Both the position numbers and the translations under genes were made by a program. A stretch of DNA of 24,000 nucleotides, taken from assembly GCA_003662305.1 (NCBI GenBank), contig QMXU01000001.1, positions 1 through 24,000 of the forward strand. Direction: 5' to 3'. A model generated the notes under the pieces. It saw only the letters and a program-made list of their open reading frames with translations. It ran no database searches and was not told the origin of the DNA. Positions 14,034-22,001 of the stretch are shown here, in pieces (position 1 is the stretch's first letter; each line of letters opens with the position of its first letter). The stretch comes from Candidatus Hecatellales archaeon (lineage in GTDB: Archaea; Thermoproteota; Bathyarchaeia; Hecatellales; Hecatellaceae).

Positions 14034-14942
14034 ATGATGAGAAAGGCAAAAGTTTTCAGCCCAGCTCACATCACAGGCGTTTTCACCGTTGAGGATAGCC
14101 TTAATCCTCTAAGAAAAGGTTCTAGAGGGGTGGGGGTAACTCTAAGCCGAGGGGTCTGGACGGAACTGGAAGCCGAACCCTCATCCCGCTGGAAAGTCGA
14201 GGTTAAAGGCGTTGGAGCTAAAATTAAAGGTGAAGTCTCACGGAAGGTTATAGAAATCCTGAAGCCGAAAATCCGTCAGCCCTACCATGTGCGTGTAATC
14301 CACAGGTTTGAGGTTCCCGTGGGAGCTGGATACGGTGCCAGTGGAGGAGGAGCCTTAGGTGTAGCCTTAGCTCTAAATGAGACTTTAAACCTCGGCTTAC
14401 ACCAGCTGGAGTCTGCCAACGTCGCCCACCTGGCAGAGGTTGAATGCGGAACAGGGCTTGGAACCGTTTTAGCTGAAACCCATGGGGGCTTCAGTTTAAG
14501 GGTGAGAGGCGGAGCTCCAAGCTTCGGCACGGTTAGAAAGTTTGGGGCTGAAGGCTTCAGAGTTGTCTCGCTTTGCTGGGGAGGTCTTCCAACCTGCAGC
14601 GTGCTTTCAAACCCGAACCTGAGAGGCTTTATAAGGTGGGTTGGCGAGGGATGCCTTGAAAAGTTCGCTGGGAACCCGACGGTTGAAGGCTTCCTTGAGG
14701 CTTCAAAAGGCTTCTCCGAGGCTCTAGGGCTTCTAACTCCAAGGGTTAAGGCGGCTTTGAGCTTCCTAGCTTCCAGAGGCTTTCACGGCTTTTCGATGAA
14801 CATGCTTGGCGAGGCTGTTTTCACCCTCGTCCAAGAGGAGGAGTTACCCCGCCTTCTGAAGACTTTAAGCCATCCGCTCTTCGAAGACTGCAGGCTCACC
14901 GTTTCGGAGGTTTCCAGAGAAGGTGTAAGGGTTGAAGGCTGA
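14034..14942 (+). CDS. Pantoate kinase (archaeal CoA pathway, GHMP-kinase family, COG1829 type)
   Basis: It has the N-terminal FSPAHITGVF and the GHMP motif VPVGAGYGASGGGALGVALAL. The ~300 aa size fits. It lies directly upstream of, and overlaps by 11 nt, a phosphopantothenate synthetase gene. Confidence 0.75.
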   Translation: MMRKAKVFSPAHITGVFTVEDSLNPLRKGSRGVGVTLSRGVWTELEAEPSSRWKVEVKGVGAKIKGEVSRKVIEILKPKIRQPYHVRVIHRFEVPVGAGYGASGGGALGVALALNETLNLGLHQLESANVAHLAEVECGTGLGTVLAETHGGFSLRVRGGAPSFGTVRKFGAEGFRVVSLCWGGLPTCSVLSNPNLRGFIRWVGEGCLEKFAGNPTVEGFLEASKGFSEALGLLTPRVKAALSFLASRGFHGFSMNMLGEAVFTLVQEEELPRLLKTLSHPLFEDCRLTVSEVSREGVRVEG

Positions 14943-15744
14943 AACCTCTCAGGTTAAGGTTACCATCGTAAAGGTTCCCGTCCCCAGGAGCCATCCCCGC
15001 TTCGAACTTCTCATGGTCAGAGAGCAGATGGTTGAAGGCTTAGCCAGGGGGCTTGTGGTTCCCGAAGGCCTTATAGCCCACGGGAGAGGAGAATGCTTCG
15101 ACTATTTGATAGGTGAAAAAACCGAGTTTTTCGCCTTAAAGGCCATAAGGGCTGCAGCCGCATCCTTCCTCCTAGCCGAGAAACCCGTCATATCCGTCAA
15201 CGGTAATCTGGCTGCGCTCTGCGCCCGTGAGCTTGTGGAACTTTCGAAAGCCACAGGAGCCCCGCTTGAGGTGAACCTCTTCTACCGTTCAAAGCTTAGA
15301 GAGAAGACTGTGGCCTCAGCTCTAAAAGCAGCTGGAGCCAGCAGGATTCTAGGCGTCAACGCTTCGAAGCGTATTCCACGGCTTAAAAGCTTCAGAAGCC
15401 TTGCAGAGGCGAAGGGAATAATCGAAGCCGACCTAGTGCTACTTGGAATAGAGGATGGAAACAGAGTTGAAGCCTTAAGAAAAGCTGGGAAAAAAGTCGT
15501 CGTTATAGACCTTAACCCTCTCTCCCGTTCAGCCTTCAACGCCTCCATAACCATAATCGACAACGTGGTCAGAGCTCTGCCTAAACTTAGGCTTGAAATT
15601 GAAAAGCTTAGAAGCGCCTCTAAGCAGCGTCTACGCAGGGAAGCCTCCTCCTACGATAACAGGGAGGCTCTGGCTGAGGCCTTAAACTACATTAGGAGCA
15701 GGCTTGAAAGGTTATCTTCAAATCTGGCTTCAGGGAGGAGTTAA
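14932..15744 (+). CDS. Phosphopantothenate synthetase (4-phosphopantoate--beta-alanine ligase, archaeal COG1701 type)
   Basis: HPRFELLMVREQMVEGLARGLVVPEGLIAHGRGECFDYLIGEKT...PVISVNGNLAALC...VVIDLNPLSRSA matches the archaeal PPS family as I recall it. The start is TTG. Confidence 0.78.
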   Translation: MKAETSQVKVTIVKVPVPRSHPRFELLMVREQMVEGLARGLVVPEGLIAHGRGECFDYLIGEKTEFFALKAIRAAAASFLLAEKPVISVNGNLAALCARELVELSKATGAPLEVNLFYRSKLREKTVASALKAAGASRILGVNASKRIPRLKSFRSLAEAKGIIEADLVLLGIEDGNRVEALRKAGKKVVVIDLNPLSRSAFNASITIIDNVVRALPKLRLEIEKLRSASKQRLRREASSYDNREALAEALNYIRSRLERLSSNLASGRS

Positions 15745-17047
15745 GCTAGGGTTGAAGCCTATTCTCCAGGTAGCCTTAGACTTTTCAGACCTCCACCGAG
15801 CCTTAAAGGTGGCTGAGGAAGCTGTTAAGGGTGGAGCCGACTGGCTTGAAGCTGGAACCCCCCTGATTAAAAGCGAAGGCTTGAACGCTGTTAGAGAACT
15901 GCGTAAAAGGTTTCCAGGCAGGAAGATTGTGGCTGACATGAAAACTATGGATACCGGTTCAGTGGAGGTTGAGATGGCTGCTAAGGCTGGAGCGGACATC
16001 GTGATAGTTCTAGGAGCCTCCGACGACAGCACGGTGAGGGAAGCAGTGGAGGCGGGGCGTAGATACGGCGCGGAAATCATGGTGGACCTCATAGGCGTGG
16101 AAAAGATGGCTGAGAGAGCTTTAAGGCTTGAAGAGCTTGGCGTGAACTATCTCTGCGTCCACGTTGGAATAGACCAGCAGATGCGAGGCCTAAGCCCGGT
16201 GAAGGTTTTAAGGGAGCTTTCAGGCAGGGTTAAGATTCCCCTAGCCGTCGCCGGAGGGATAACCAGTGAAACCGCTGTGGAGGCTTTAAAGGCTGGAGCC
16301 AGCATACTGATAGTTGGAGGAGCAATAATCAAGGCTGCGGACGCTGCTGAGGCTGCCAGGAGGATAAAGAAGGCGCTGCAAGCGAAGAGGCCGCTGGCAT
16401 CACACCTCTACAGGAAGATTGGAGGGGTTGAAGAGGTTAAGGCCCTCCTGCTCAGGGTTTCCACACCGAATATTTCTGATGCCATGCACCGTAGGGGAGA
16501 GATGGAAGGCATAAAGCCGGTGGTTCAAGGCTTGAAAATGGTTGGGCAAGCCTTCACGGTTAGAACCTTCCCCGGAGACTGGGCTAAGCCTATAGAAGCA
16601 ATAGAGCAGGCTAAACCGGGGGAGATAATCGTTATCGAAGCTCAGGGGCGTGGCAAAGCCATCTGGGGTGAGCTGGCAACCTACAGTGCTGTGGGGAGAA
16701 GGCTTGGAGGCGTGGTAATAGACGGAGCTGTGAGAGATGTGGAAGTAATAAGGCAGTTGAGCTTCCCGGTTTACGCCAGGGAGATAACGCCTACAGCCGG
16801 AGACCCGAAAGGCTTCGGAGAAATAGGCGTTGAAATAACCTGTGGGGGAGTGAAAGTTAAGCCTGGAGACTGGGTGGTCGGCGACGACAACGGGGTTGTA
16901 GTCATCCCTGAAGAGCAGGCTGTTGAAATAGCCAACAGAGCTGAAGACGTAAGAGAGAAGGAGGAGCGGATAAGAGCTGAAATAAAGGCTGGAAGCACCC
17001 TGTCCGAAGTCCTGAAAATCAAGAAATGGGAGAAGCTTGTAGGGTGA
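15704..17047 (+). CDS. Two-domain fusion: 3-hexulose-6-phosphate synthase (OMP-decarboxylase-like barrel, ~15752-16381) plus RraA / class II aldolase-like domain (~16427-17044)
   Basis: The N-half is typical HPS: LQVALDFSDLHRALKVAEEAV...WLEAGTPLIKSEGLNAVRELRKRFPGRKIVADMKTMDTG...MVDLIGV...YLCVHVGIDQQ...PLAVAGGI...LIVGGAI. The C-half is typical RraA/HMG-CHA-aldolase-like: STPNISDAMHRRGEMEGIKP...GEIIVIEAQGRGKAIWGELATYSAVGRRLGGVVIDGAVRDV...FPVYAREITPTAG. An alternative TTG start at 15752, preceded by GGAGGAG, would remove the 41-nt overlap with the upstream gene. Confidence 0.8.
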   Translation: MKGYLQIWLQGGVKLGLKPILQVALDFSDLHRALKVAEEAVKGGADWLEAGTPLIKSEGLNAVRELRKRFPGRKIVADMKTMDTGSVEVEMAAKAGADIVIVLGASDDSTVREAVEAGRRYGAEIMVDLIGVEKMAERALRLEELGVNYLCVHVGIDQQMRGLSPVKVLRELSGRVKIPLAVAGGITSETAVEALKAGASILIVGGAIIKAADAAEAARRIKKALQAKRPLASHLYRKIGGVEEVKALLLRVSTPNISDAMHRRGEMEGIKPVVQGLKMVGQAFTVRTFPGDWAKPIEAIEQAKPGEIIVIEAQGRGKAIWGELATYSAVGRRLGGVVIDGAVRDVEVIRQLSFPVYAREITPTAGDPKGFGEIGVEITCGGVKVKPGDWVVGDDNGVVVIPEEQAVEIANRAEDVREKEERIRAEIKAGSTLSEVLKIKKWEKLVG

Positions 17048-17056
17048 AGAGTAGAC

Positions 17057-18022
17057 GTGGAAAAATTCAGGCTGCTCGTGGTTGGAGCGGGAGCCTTAGG
17101 CTGCCTCTACACAGCCATCCTTTCCAGCGTAGGCCACAGGGTTTCCCTCGTAGGGCGGCCTCTAACGGTTGAAGCCGTCAGAAGTAGAGGCCTGAGAGTA
17201 CACGGGAAGCTCAACCTGAAAGTCGAAGTTGAGGAGGCTGTTGAAGCCATTGGCAGGCTTAGAAGCCCCTACGGCTTTGACCTGGTTCTGCTGGCGGTTA
17301 AAGCCTACCAGGCAGCTGAAGCCGCCGTGCAGGTTGCTCCTGTAGCGGCTGCCAGCGGCTCACCTATATTATGCTTGCAGAATGGTTTAGGCGTTGAAGG
17401 GGAAGTAGCGGAGGCTTTAGGCTTCTTAACCCCGGTGGTCAGAGGTGTAAGCTTCTGCGGGGCCTACGTGGAAAGGCCGGGCGTGGTATGCTGTACGGGT
17501 GTAGGAGAAACCCTGATAGCGGATGTGCCCTTGAAAGGACTGTCAGGGTTTGCCAGCTGTCTCCGCGAGGCAGGACTTCCAGCGGGAATGAAGAAAAACA
17601 TGGAATCCATCGTATGGGAGAAAACCCTTGTGAACGCTGGGATAAATCCTTTCGGGGCGCTCACCGGGCTGAGAAACGGGGAGCTTCTGGAAGCAGAAGG
17701 CATACCGGAGGCCATGGCTGAAACCGTTAGGGAAGGCGTGAAGGTTGCGGAGAGGAAAGGCGTGCGTCTGCTCAGGGACCCGGTGAAGCTGACCTTTGAA
17801 ACCGCTCAGGCCACCGCCCAAAACTACAACTCTATGCTTCAGGACGTGAAAAACAGGAAGCGGACGGAAATAGACTATATTAATGGGGCTCTGTCCAGGC
17901 TTGGAAGCCTCCTTGGGGTTCCAACCCCCCTGAACAGGTTGTTAACCAGGCTTGTAAAAGATTTAGAGGCTGGGAGAAAACAGGAATGTGGAGTTTCAGC
18001 CATCCTTCAAAAAGCCTTATAG
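17057..18022 (+). CDS. panE: 2-dehydropantoate 2-reductase (ketopantoate reductase)
   Basis: It has the Rossmann motif LLVVGAGALGCLY. WEKTLVNAGINPFGALTG and NSMLQDVKNRKRTEIDYINGAL are the conserved KPR (ApbA/PanE) motifs. The start is GTG. Confidence 0.85.
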   Translation: MEKFRLLVVGAGALGCLYTAILSSVGHRVSLVGRPLTVEAVRSRGLRVHGKLNLKVEVEEAVEAIGRLRSPYGFDLVLLAVKAYQAAEAAVQVAPVAAASGSPILCLQNGLGVEGEVAEALGFLTPVVRGVSFCGAYVERPGVVCCTGVGETLIADVPLKGLSGFASCLREAGLPAGMKKNMESIVWEKTLVNAGINPFGALTGLRNGELLEAEGIPEAMAETVREGVKVAERKGVRLLRDPVKLTFETAQATAQNYNSMLQDVKNRKRTEIDYINGALSRLGSLLGVPTPLNRLLTRLVKDLEAGRKQECGVSAILQKAL

Positions 18023-19263
18023 GCTCTGAAAGCCGGAGGCTTGAAGGCAGAAGAATAGTTTTAGCCGTAACGGGGAGTGTAGCCGTAATCGAGGCTCCGG
18101 TGCTGGCTAGGAGGCTTATGAGGCTTGGAGCTGAAGTCTATCCTGTGATGACACCTAAAGCCAAGGCTATGCTAAGCCCTGAAATCTTAGAGTGGGCCAC
18201 GGGAAACCCGGCTGTAACCGAAATCACAGGTAAAATTGAGAACGTCGCAGCCTTCCTTAAGCCTCCTGAAGGAACACCTGCGGACCTAATGCTCATAGCA
18301 CCTGCCACAGCCAACACCCTAGCCAAACTCGCCCATGGAATCTACGACAACGCAGTCACAGGCTTCGCCCTCGCAGCCATGGGCGCGGGGATACCGGTAA
18401 TCCTAGCTCCAGCCATGCACCACCAGCTTCTTTCAAGCCCTGCCACCCAGCGGAACCTTGAAGCCCTCCAAGAGGCAGGCTTCGAAATCGTCAAGCCTAA
18501 AGTCGAAGAGGGAAAAGCGAAGATGGCTGACGTTGAAGACATCGTGGAAGCTGCGGTTAGAAGGCTTACGCCTAAAACCCTGGAGGGCTTCAGGCTTCTG
18601 GTTACCGCAGGCCCTACAAGGGAGCCTCTGGACCCGGTGAGAGTGATAACCAACCGAAGCTCCGGCAGGATGGGCGTAGCCCTTGCAGCTGAAGCCCTAC
18701 GGCGGGGAGCGGAGGTAACCCTGATTTACGGGCCTGGAAGCGCCAGACCTCCTCCTGAAGCCAGAACAGTCAGGGTTGAAACCGCCGGGGAAATGTTTGA
18801 AGTCGCAGTGAAAGAGCTGAAGTCAGGAGGCTACCACGCCTTCCTAGCTGCTGCAGCCATGGCAGACTACGAGGCTGAACAGCCTTCACGGTCTAAGATT
18901 CCAACAAGCAAGTTCAGGAAGCTGACGGTTAAGCTTAAGGCAACCCCTAAGCTTGTGGACGAAGTTAAAAGGTGCAGCCCGCAGACCTTCCTCGTAGCCT
19001 TCAAAGCCGAATACAAGGTTTCGCTGAGAGAGCTGAAGAGGAGAGCCCTGGAGAGGCTTAAGGCTTGTAAAGCCGACTTAATCGTGGCGAACGATGTTTC
19101 AAAGCCTGGAGCAGGCTTCCAAGCTGGAGAAATAGAAGCCCTGATAGTGGATAGGAGAGGAAAAGCCGTAAGACTTCCCAGAATGTCTAAGGAGGAGGCC
19201 GCTCGGAGAATTCTCGACCTAGTTGAGGAAAGACTAAAGGCGGAGGGGCGGAAGCTTACTTAG
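17986..19263 (+). CDS. coaBC: Bifunctional phosphopantothenoylcysteine decarboxylase / phosphopantothenate--cysteine ligase (CoaBC, Dfp)
   Basis: The N-terminal flavoprotein domain is RIVLAVTGSVAVIEAPVLARRLMRLGAEVYPVMT...IAPATANTLAKLAHGIYDN. The CoaB domain is VTAGPTREPLDPVRVITNRSSGRMG...AAAMADYE...IVANDV. There is a 37-nt overlap with panE. Confidence 0.9.
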   Translation: MWSFSHPSKSLIGSESRRLEGRRIVLAVTGSVAVIEAPVLARRLMRLGAEVYPVMTPKAKAMLSPEILEWATGNPAVTEITGKIENVAAFLKPPEGTPADLMLIAPATANTLAKLAHGIYDNAVTGFALAAMGAGIPVILAPAMHHQLLSSPATQRNLEALQEAGFEIVKPKVEEGKAKMADVEDIVEAAVRRLTPKTLEGFRLLVTAGPTREPLDPVRVITNRSSGRMGVALAAEALRRGAEVTLIYGPGSARPPPEARTVRVETAGEMFEVAVKELKSGGYHAFLAAAAMADYEAEQPSRSKIPTSKFRKLTVKLKATPKLVDEVKRCSPQTFLVAFKAEYKVSLRELKRRALERLKACKADLIVANDVSKPGAGFQAGEIEALIVDRRGKAVRLPRMSKEEAARRILDLVEERLKAEGRKLT

Positions 19264-20421
19264 CCTATCAGCTAGCTTGGCTTCAACGTCGGCTATGATT
19301 TTAGACGGCTCCTCTGGGAAGCTATAGCCTAGCTTTGCAAGCCCGTTGAAGACTGCTTTAAGGGTTCTTGAAACGTAGGGCTGGCAGATTATCCCCATGC
19401 TTCCAATCCTGAAGCATTTCCCTTTAAGCTTTCCCATTCCCCCTCCGATGGCTACGCCATGCTCTTCCCTAGCCATCTTACGCATTTCTTCCCCGTCTAT
19501 TCCCGGAGGATTCCAGAGGGCTATAACCGTGTTAGAGCGGTTTCCACCCTTGGAAAGGGTTTCAAGGCCAGCCCGGTCGAAAGCCTCGTAGAAGGCCTCA
19601 GCGCAAATCCTGTGCCTTTCAATCCTGTTTTCTAAGCCTTCCTCCTTCAGAAACTTTAAGGCTTCATCTAGGCCATAGAAGAGGGTTAAAGTCGGGGTGA
19701 AGGGTGTTTCCATCCTGTCGTAGGCGAACCTCCGGCAGGATTCAAGGTCGAAGTAGAAGGGCCTATACTTGTTCTCCCTTAAAACCTGGTATGCTCTTTC
19801 GCTTACCGAAACCATGGAGACGCCTGGCGGGCATGCCAGACATTTCTGGCTTCCAGCGATGCAGATGTCCACGTTCCACTCGTCGACGGGAAGCCTGTCT
19901 CCTGCCAGAACGGATATGGCGTCCACTATGAAGACTTTGTCGTGTTGGCGGCTGAGCTTTCCAAGCTCCTGAATAACTCTCCAGGTTACACCGGTTGAGG
20001 TCTCATTGTACACTGTGGCTATGGCTTTTACATCTGGGTTCTCGTCTAGGGCTTCCTTCACCCTTTCCAGGCTTGGTGCTTCACCCCACTCGGCTGAAAC
20101 GTCTATGGGTTTCCCTCCAAATCTGACGGCAGCTTCTCTAAGCCTTTCTCCGAAGACGCCGAAGTGGGCGGTTATGATTTTGTCTCCGGGGGCTATGATG
20201 TTTCCTACGGCGCATTCAACTCCTCCTGTTCCGGAGGCTGTTAAAGGGAAAACGTCGTTCACGGTTTGGAATGCGTATTTGAGGTTTTCGAGGATGCTTT
20301 TGTAGAGGGAGTGGAAGGCTGGCCCCCTATGGTTTATTATCGGCCTCTCCATGGCCTTCATGATTCTTTCAGGGGTGTTAGTGGGACCTGGAATCATTAA
20401 AAGCATTTTTCCAGTTTCCAT
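19234..20421 (-). CDS. Class V pyridoxal-phosphate aminotransferase (serine-pyruvate / alanine-glyoxylate aminotransferase-like)
   Basis: LLMIPGPTNTPERIMKAM, TSTGV, DAISVLAG and the PLP-lysine context AGSQKCLACPPG are typical class V (AGXT-like) features. Substrate specificity cannot be read from the sequence. Its 3-prime end overlaps coaBC by 30 nt (convergent). Confidence 0.8.
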   Translation of the reverse strand: METGKMLLMIPGPTNTPERIMKAMERPIINHRGPAFHSLYKSILENLKYAFQTVNDVFPLTASGTGGVECAVGNIIAPGDKIITAHFGVFGERLREAAVRFGGKPIDVSAEWGEAPSLERVKEALDENPDVKAIATVYNETSTGVTWRVIQELGKLSRQHDKVFIVDAISVLAGDRLPVDEWNVDICIAGSQKCLACPPGVSMVSVSERAYQVLRENKYRPFYFDLESCRRFAYDRMETPFTPTLTLFYGLDEALKFLKEEGLENRIERHRICAEAFYEAFDRAGLETLSKGGNRSNTVIALWNPPGIDGEEMRKMAREEHGVAIGGGMGKLKGKCFRIGSMGIICQPYVSRTLKAVFNGLAKLGYSFPEEPSKIIADVEAKLADRLSKLPPLRL

Positions 20422-20638
20422 CGTGAAAACCTTACCTTAAACAGTTAATTACGCCTAAGGAAGATTATGTAGGGTCTAAAGAAAAACTTTTAGCATTAAA
20501 CAGCTTATTCAGCCTCACAAGTAAACTTTTATGAGAAGAAATATACGGTAATGAAAGATAAGATACGCTTCAACAGGAAGCCTTCCAGGGGAGGGTTAAG
20601 TTTTAAGGCCTGTAATAACCCTGCTAACGGACTTCGGC

Positions 20639-21406
20639 GTGAAGGACAGCTACGTAGCCGAGATGAAAGCCGTAATCTTAACGTTATGCCCAGAAGCCTC
20701 CATAGTGGACATAACCCACGAGGTTGAACCCTTCAACCTGAAGCTGGCAGCCTACCTGCTGGCTAGGGCATCCCCATACTTTCCCGAGGGAACAATCCAC
20801 GTGGCTGTGGTGGACCCTGGTGTCGGGGGAGAAAGAAAGCCTTTAATCGTCGAAGCTGAGAAAGGCGTGCTGGTTGGGCCTGACAACGGCATACTAATTC
20901 CGGCTGCGAGAAAACTTGGCATGAAAAACGTGTATGAAATCAAGGGTAGAGGGCTTCTGCCTGAAAGGTTCACGGAAACCTTCCAAGGCAGAGACATCTT
21001 CGCTCCGGCAGCTGCCCTCATAGCCTGCGGAGTTAAGCCTGGAAGGCTAGGCGTTAAAACTTCAACCTACGTTGAGGCGGCTATACCTGAAGCTAGGATT
21101 TTTAAAGGGAAAATCGAGGGGGAAATAGTTTATGTTGACAGGTTTGGGAATCTTGTAACCAACATCGGCAGAGAGCTTCTAGCCTCCCTCAACGTGAGGC
21201 CTGGCAGCGTTCTTAAGCTTTCATTTCGAAGGGTGGAAAGTAAACCTTTGAAGGTGAAGTTTCTGAGGGCTTACGCTGAGGCTGAAGTGGGGGAGCTTTT
21301 AACCCTTATTGGAAGCTGGGGGACCATGGAGGTTTCAGTAAATCAGGCTAGGGCTTCAGACAGGCTTAAAGTTAAGGTTGGAGAGAAACTTTGGGTTGAA
21401 GCCTAG
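20639..21406 (+). CDS. SAM hydroxide adenosyltransferase-like protein (DUF62, fluorinase/chlorinase-related fold)
   Basis: KDSYVAEMKAVILTLCPEASIVDITHEV...TIHVAVVDPGVGGERKPLIV...GPDNGIL...FQGRDIFAPAAA...VYVDRFGNLVTNI are DUF62 motifs. The listed start is the track GTG. The in-frame sequence upstream (from 20612) encodes VITLLTDFG, the conserved N-terminus of the family, so the true start is probably upstream and non-canonical (see findings). Confidence 0.8.
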   Translation: MKDSYVAEMKAVILTLCPEASIVDITHEVEPFNLKLAAYLLARASPYFPEGTIHVAVVDPGVGGERKPLIVEAEKGVLVGPDNGILIPAARKLGMKNVYEIKGRGLLPERFTETFQGRDIFAPAAALIACGVKPGRLGVKTSTYVEAAIPEARIFKGKIEGEIVYVDRFGNLVTNIGRELLASLNVRPGSVLKLSFRRVESKPLKVKFLRAYAEAEVGELLTLIGSWGTMEVSVNQARASDRLKVKVGEKLWVEA

Positions 21407-21951
21407 TACACGCCTTTCTCCTTCAAGCCTTTAACCTTGTCTGTTTTCGAGAGGTTTCTTATTCTTTCAACTCCTCCTATCTGCTTAATGTAGCGGGCTA
21501 CGGATTTCGGGACAAGCCTCTCCCAGTTTCCACCGTTCAGTATCCGGTCGCGAACGTAGGTTGCAGAGTAAACATCCCGCTTGTAGAACCTTATGTTTTC
21601 AACTTTGAAGCCTGCCTCCATGAACAGTTGGCAGCTTAGAGGGTCGTTGGTGAAAACCGTGTTGAAGCCTGGCGTGTAGGCTAGAACCTGGGCTACCCAT
21701 ATGCTGTGAACTTGGGTGTCCGGTATCGGTATAACAGTGTACAGGCGCCTGTCAACGCCAGCCTCGTCTAGGGCAAGCCTGAGCATGGTGAAGCGTTCTC
21801 CAGCTGTGAAAGGGTTTTCAGGCTCATGGCTGAACTGGGCGCTTCCAATCCCTATGATAAGCTCGTCCACTCTTTCAAGAACATAGTTTACAGCGTAAAC
21901 GTGCCCGCGGTGGACAGGCTGAAACCTGCCTACATACAGTCCTACGGTCAT
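21403..21951 (-). CDS. nadM: Nicotinamide-nucleotide adenylyltransferase (archaeal NMNAT)
   Basis: LYVGRFQPVHRGHVYAV...VDELIIGIGSAQFSHEPENPFTAGERFTML...SIWVAQV...YKRDVYSATYVRDRILNGGNWERLVP...GGVERI closely follows the archaeal NMNAT pattern (the Methanocaldococcus enzyme, as I recall it). Confidence 0.88.
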   Translation of the reverse strand: MTVGLYVGRFQPVHRGHVYAVNYVLERVDELIIGIGSAQFSHEPENPFTAGERFTMLRLALDEAGVDRRLYTVIPIPDTQVHSIWVAQVLAYTPGFNTVFTNDPLSCQLFMEAGFKVENIRFYKRDVYSATYVRDRILNGGNWERLVPKSVARYIKQIGGVERIRNLSKTDKVKGLKEKGVY

Positions 21952-22001
21952 CCCTTAAACGCTCCCCCAAAAATAGGGCTGAAAGACCGTTTTAAAGTTA
22001 A

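Noticed and set aside
17464-17821. Three overlapping ORFs inside panE (17464-17715 minus, 17488-17721 plus, 17543-17821 minus).
   Set aside because: They are alternative frames of a gene with clear KPR motifs, and there is no independent support.
20551-20640. An upstream ATG at 20551 opens a ~58-codon ORF in another frame. A frameshift could in principle join it to the DUF62 gene and supply a start codon.
   Set aside because: DUF62 homologues start right at the M-I-T-L-x-T-D-F-G motif. A 20-residue basic extension (MKDKIRFNRKPSRGG...) is not expected, and no slippery site is evident.
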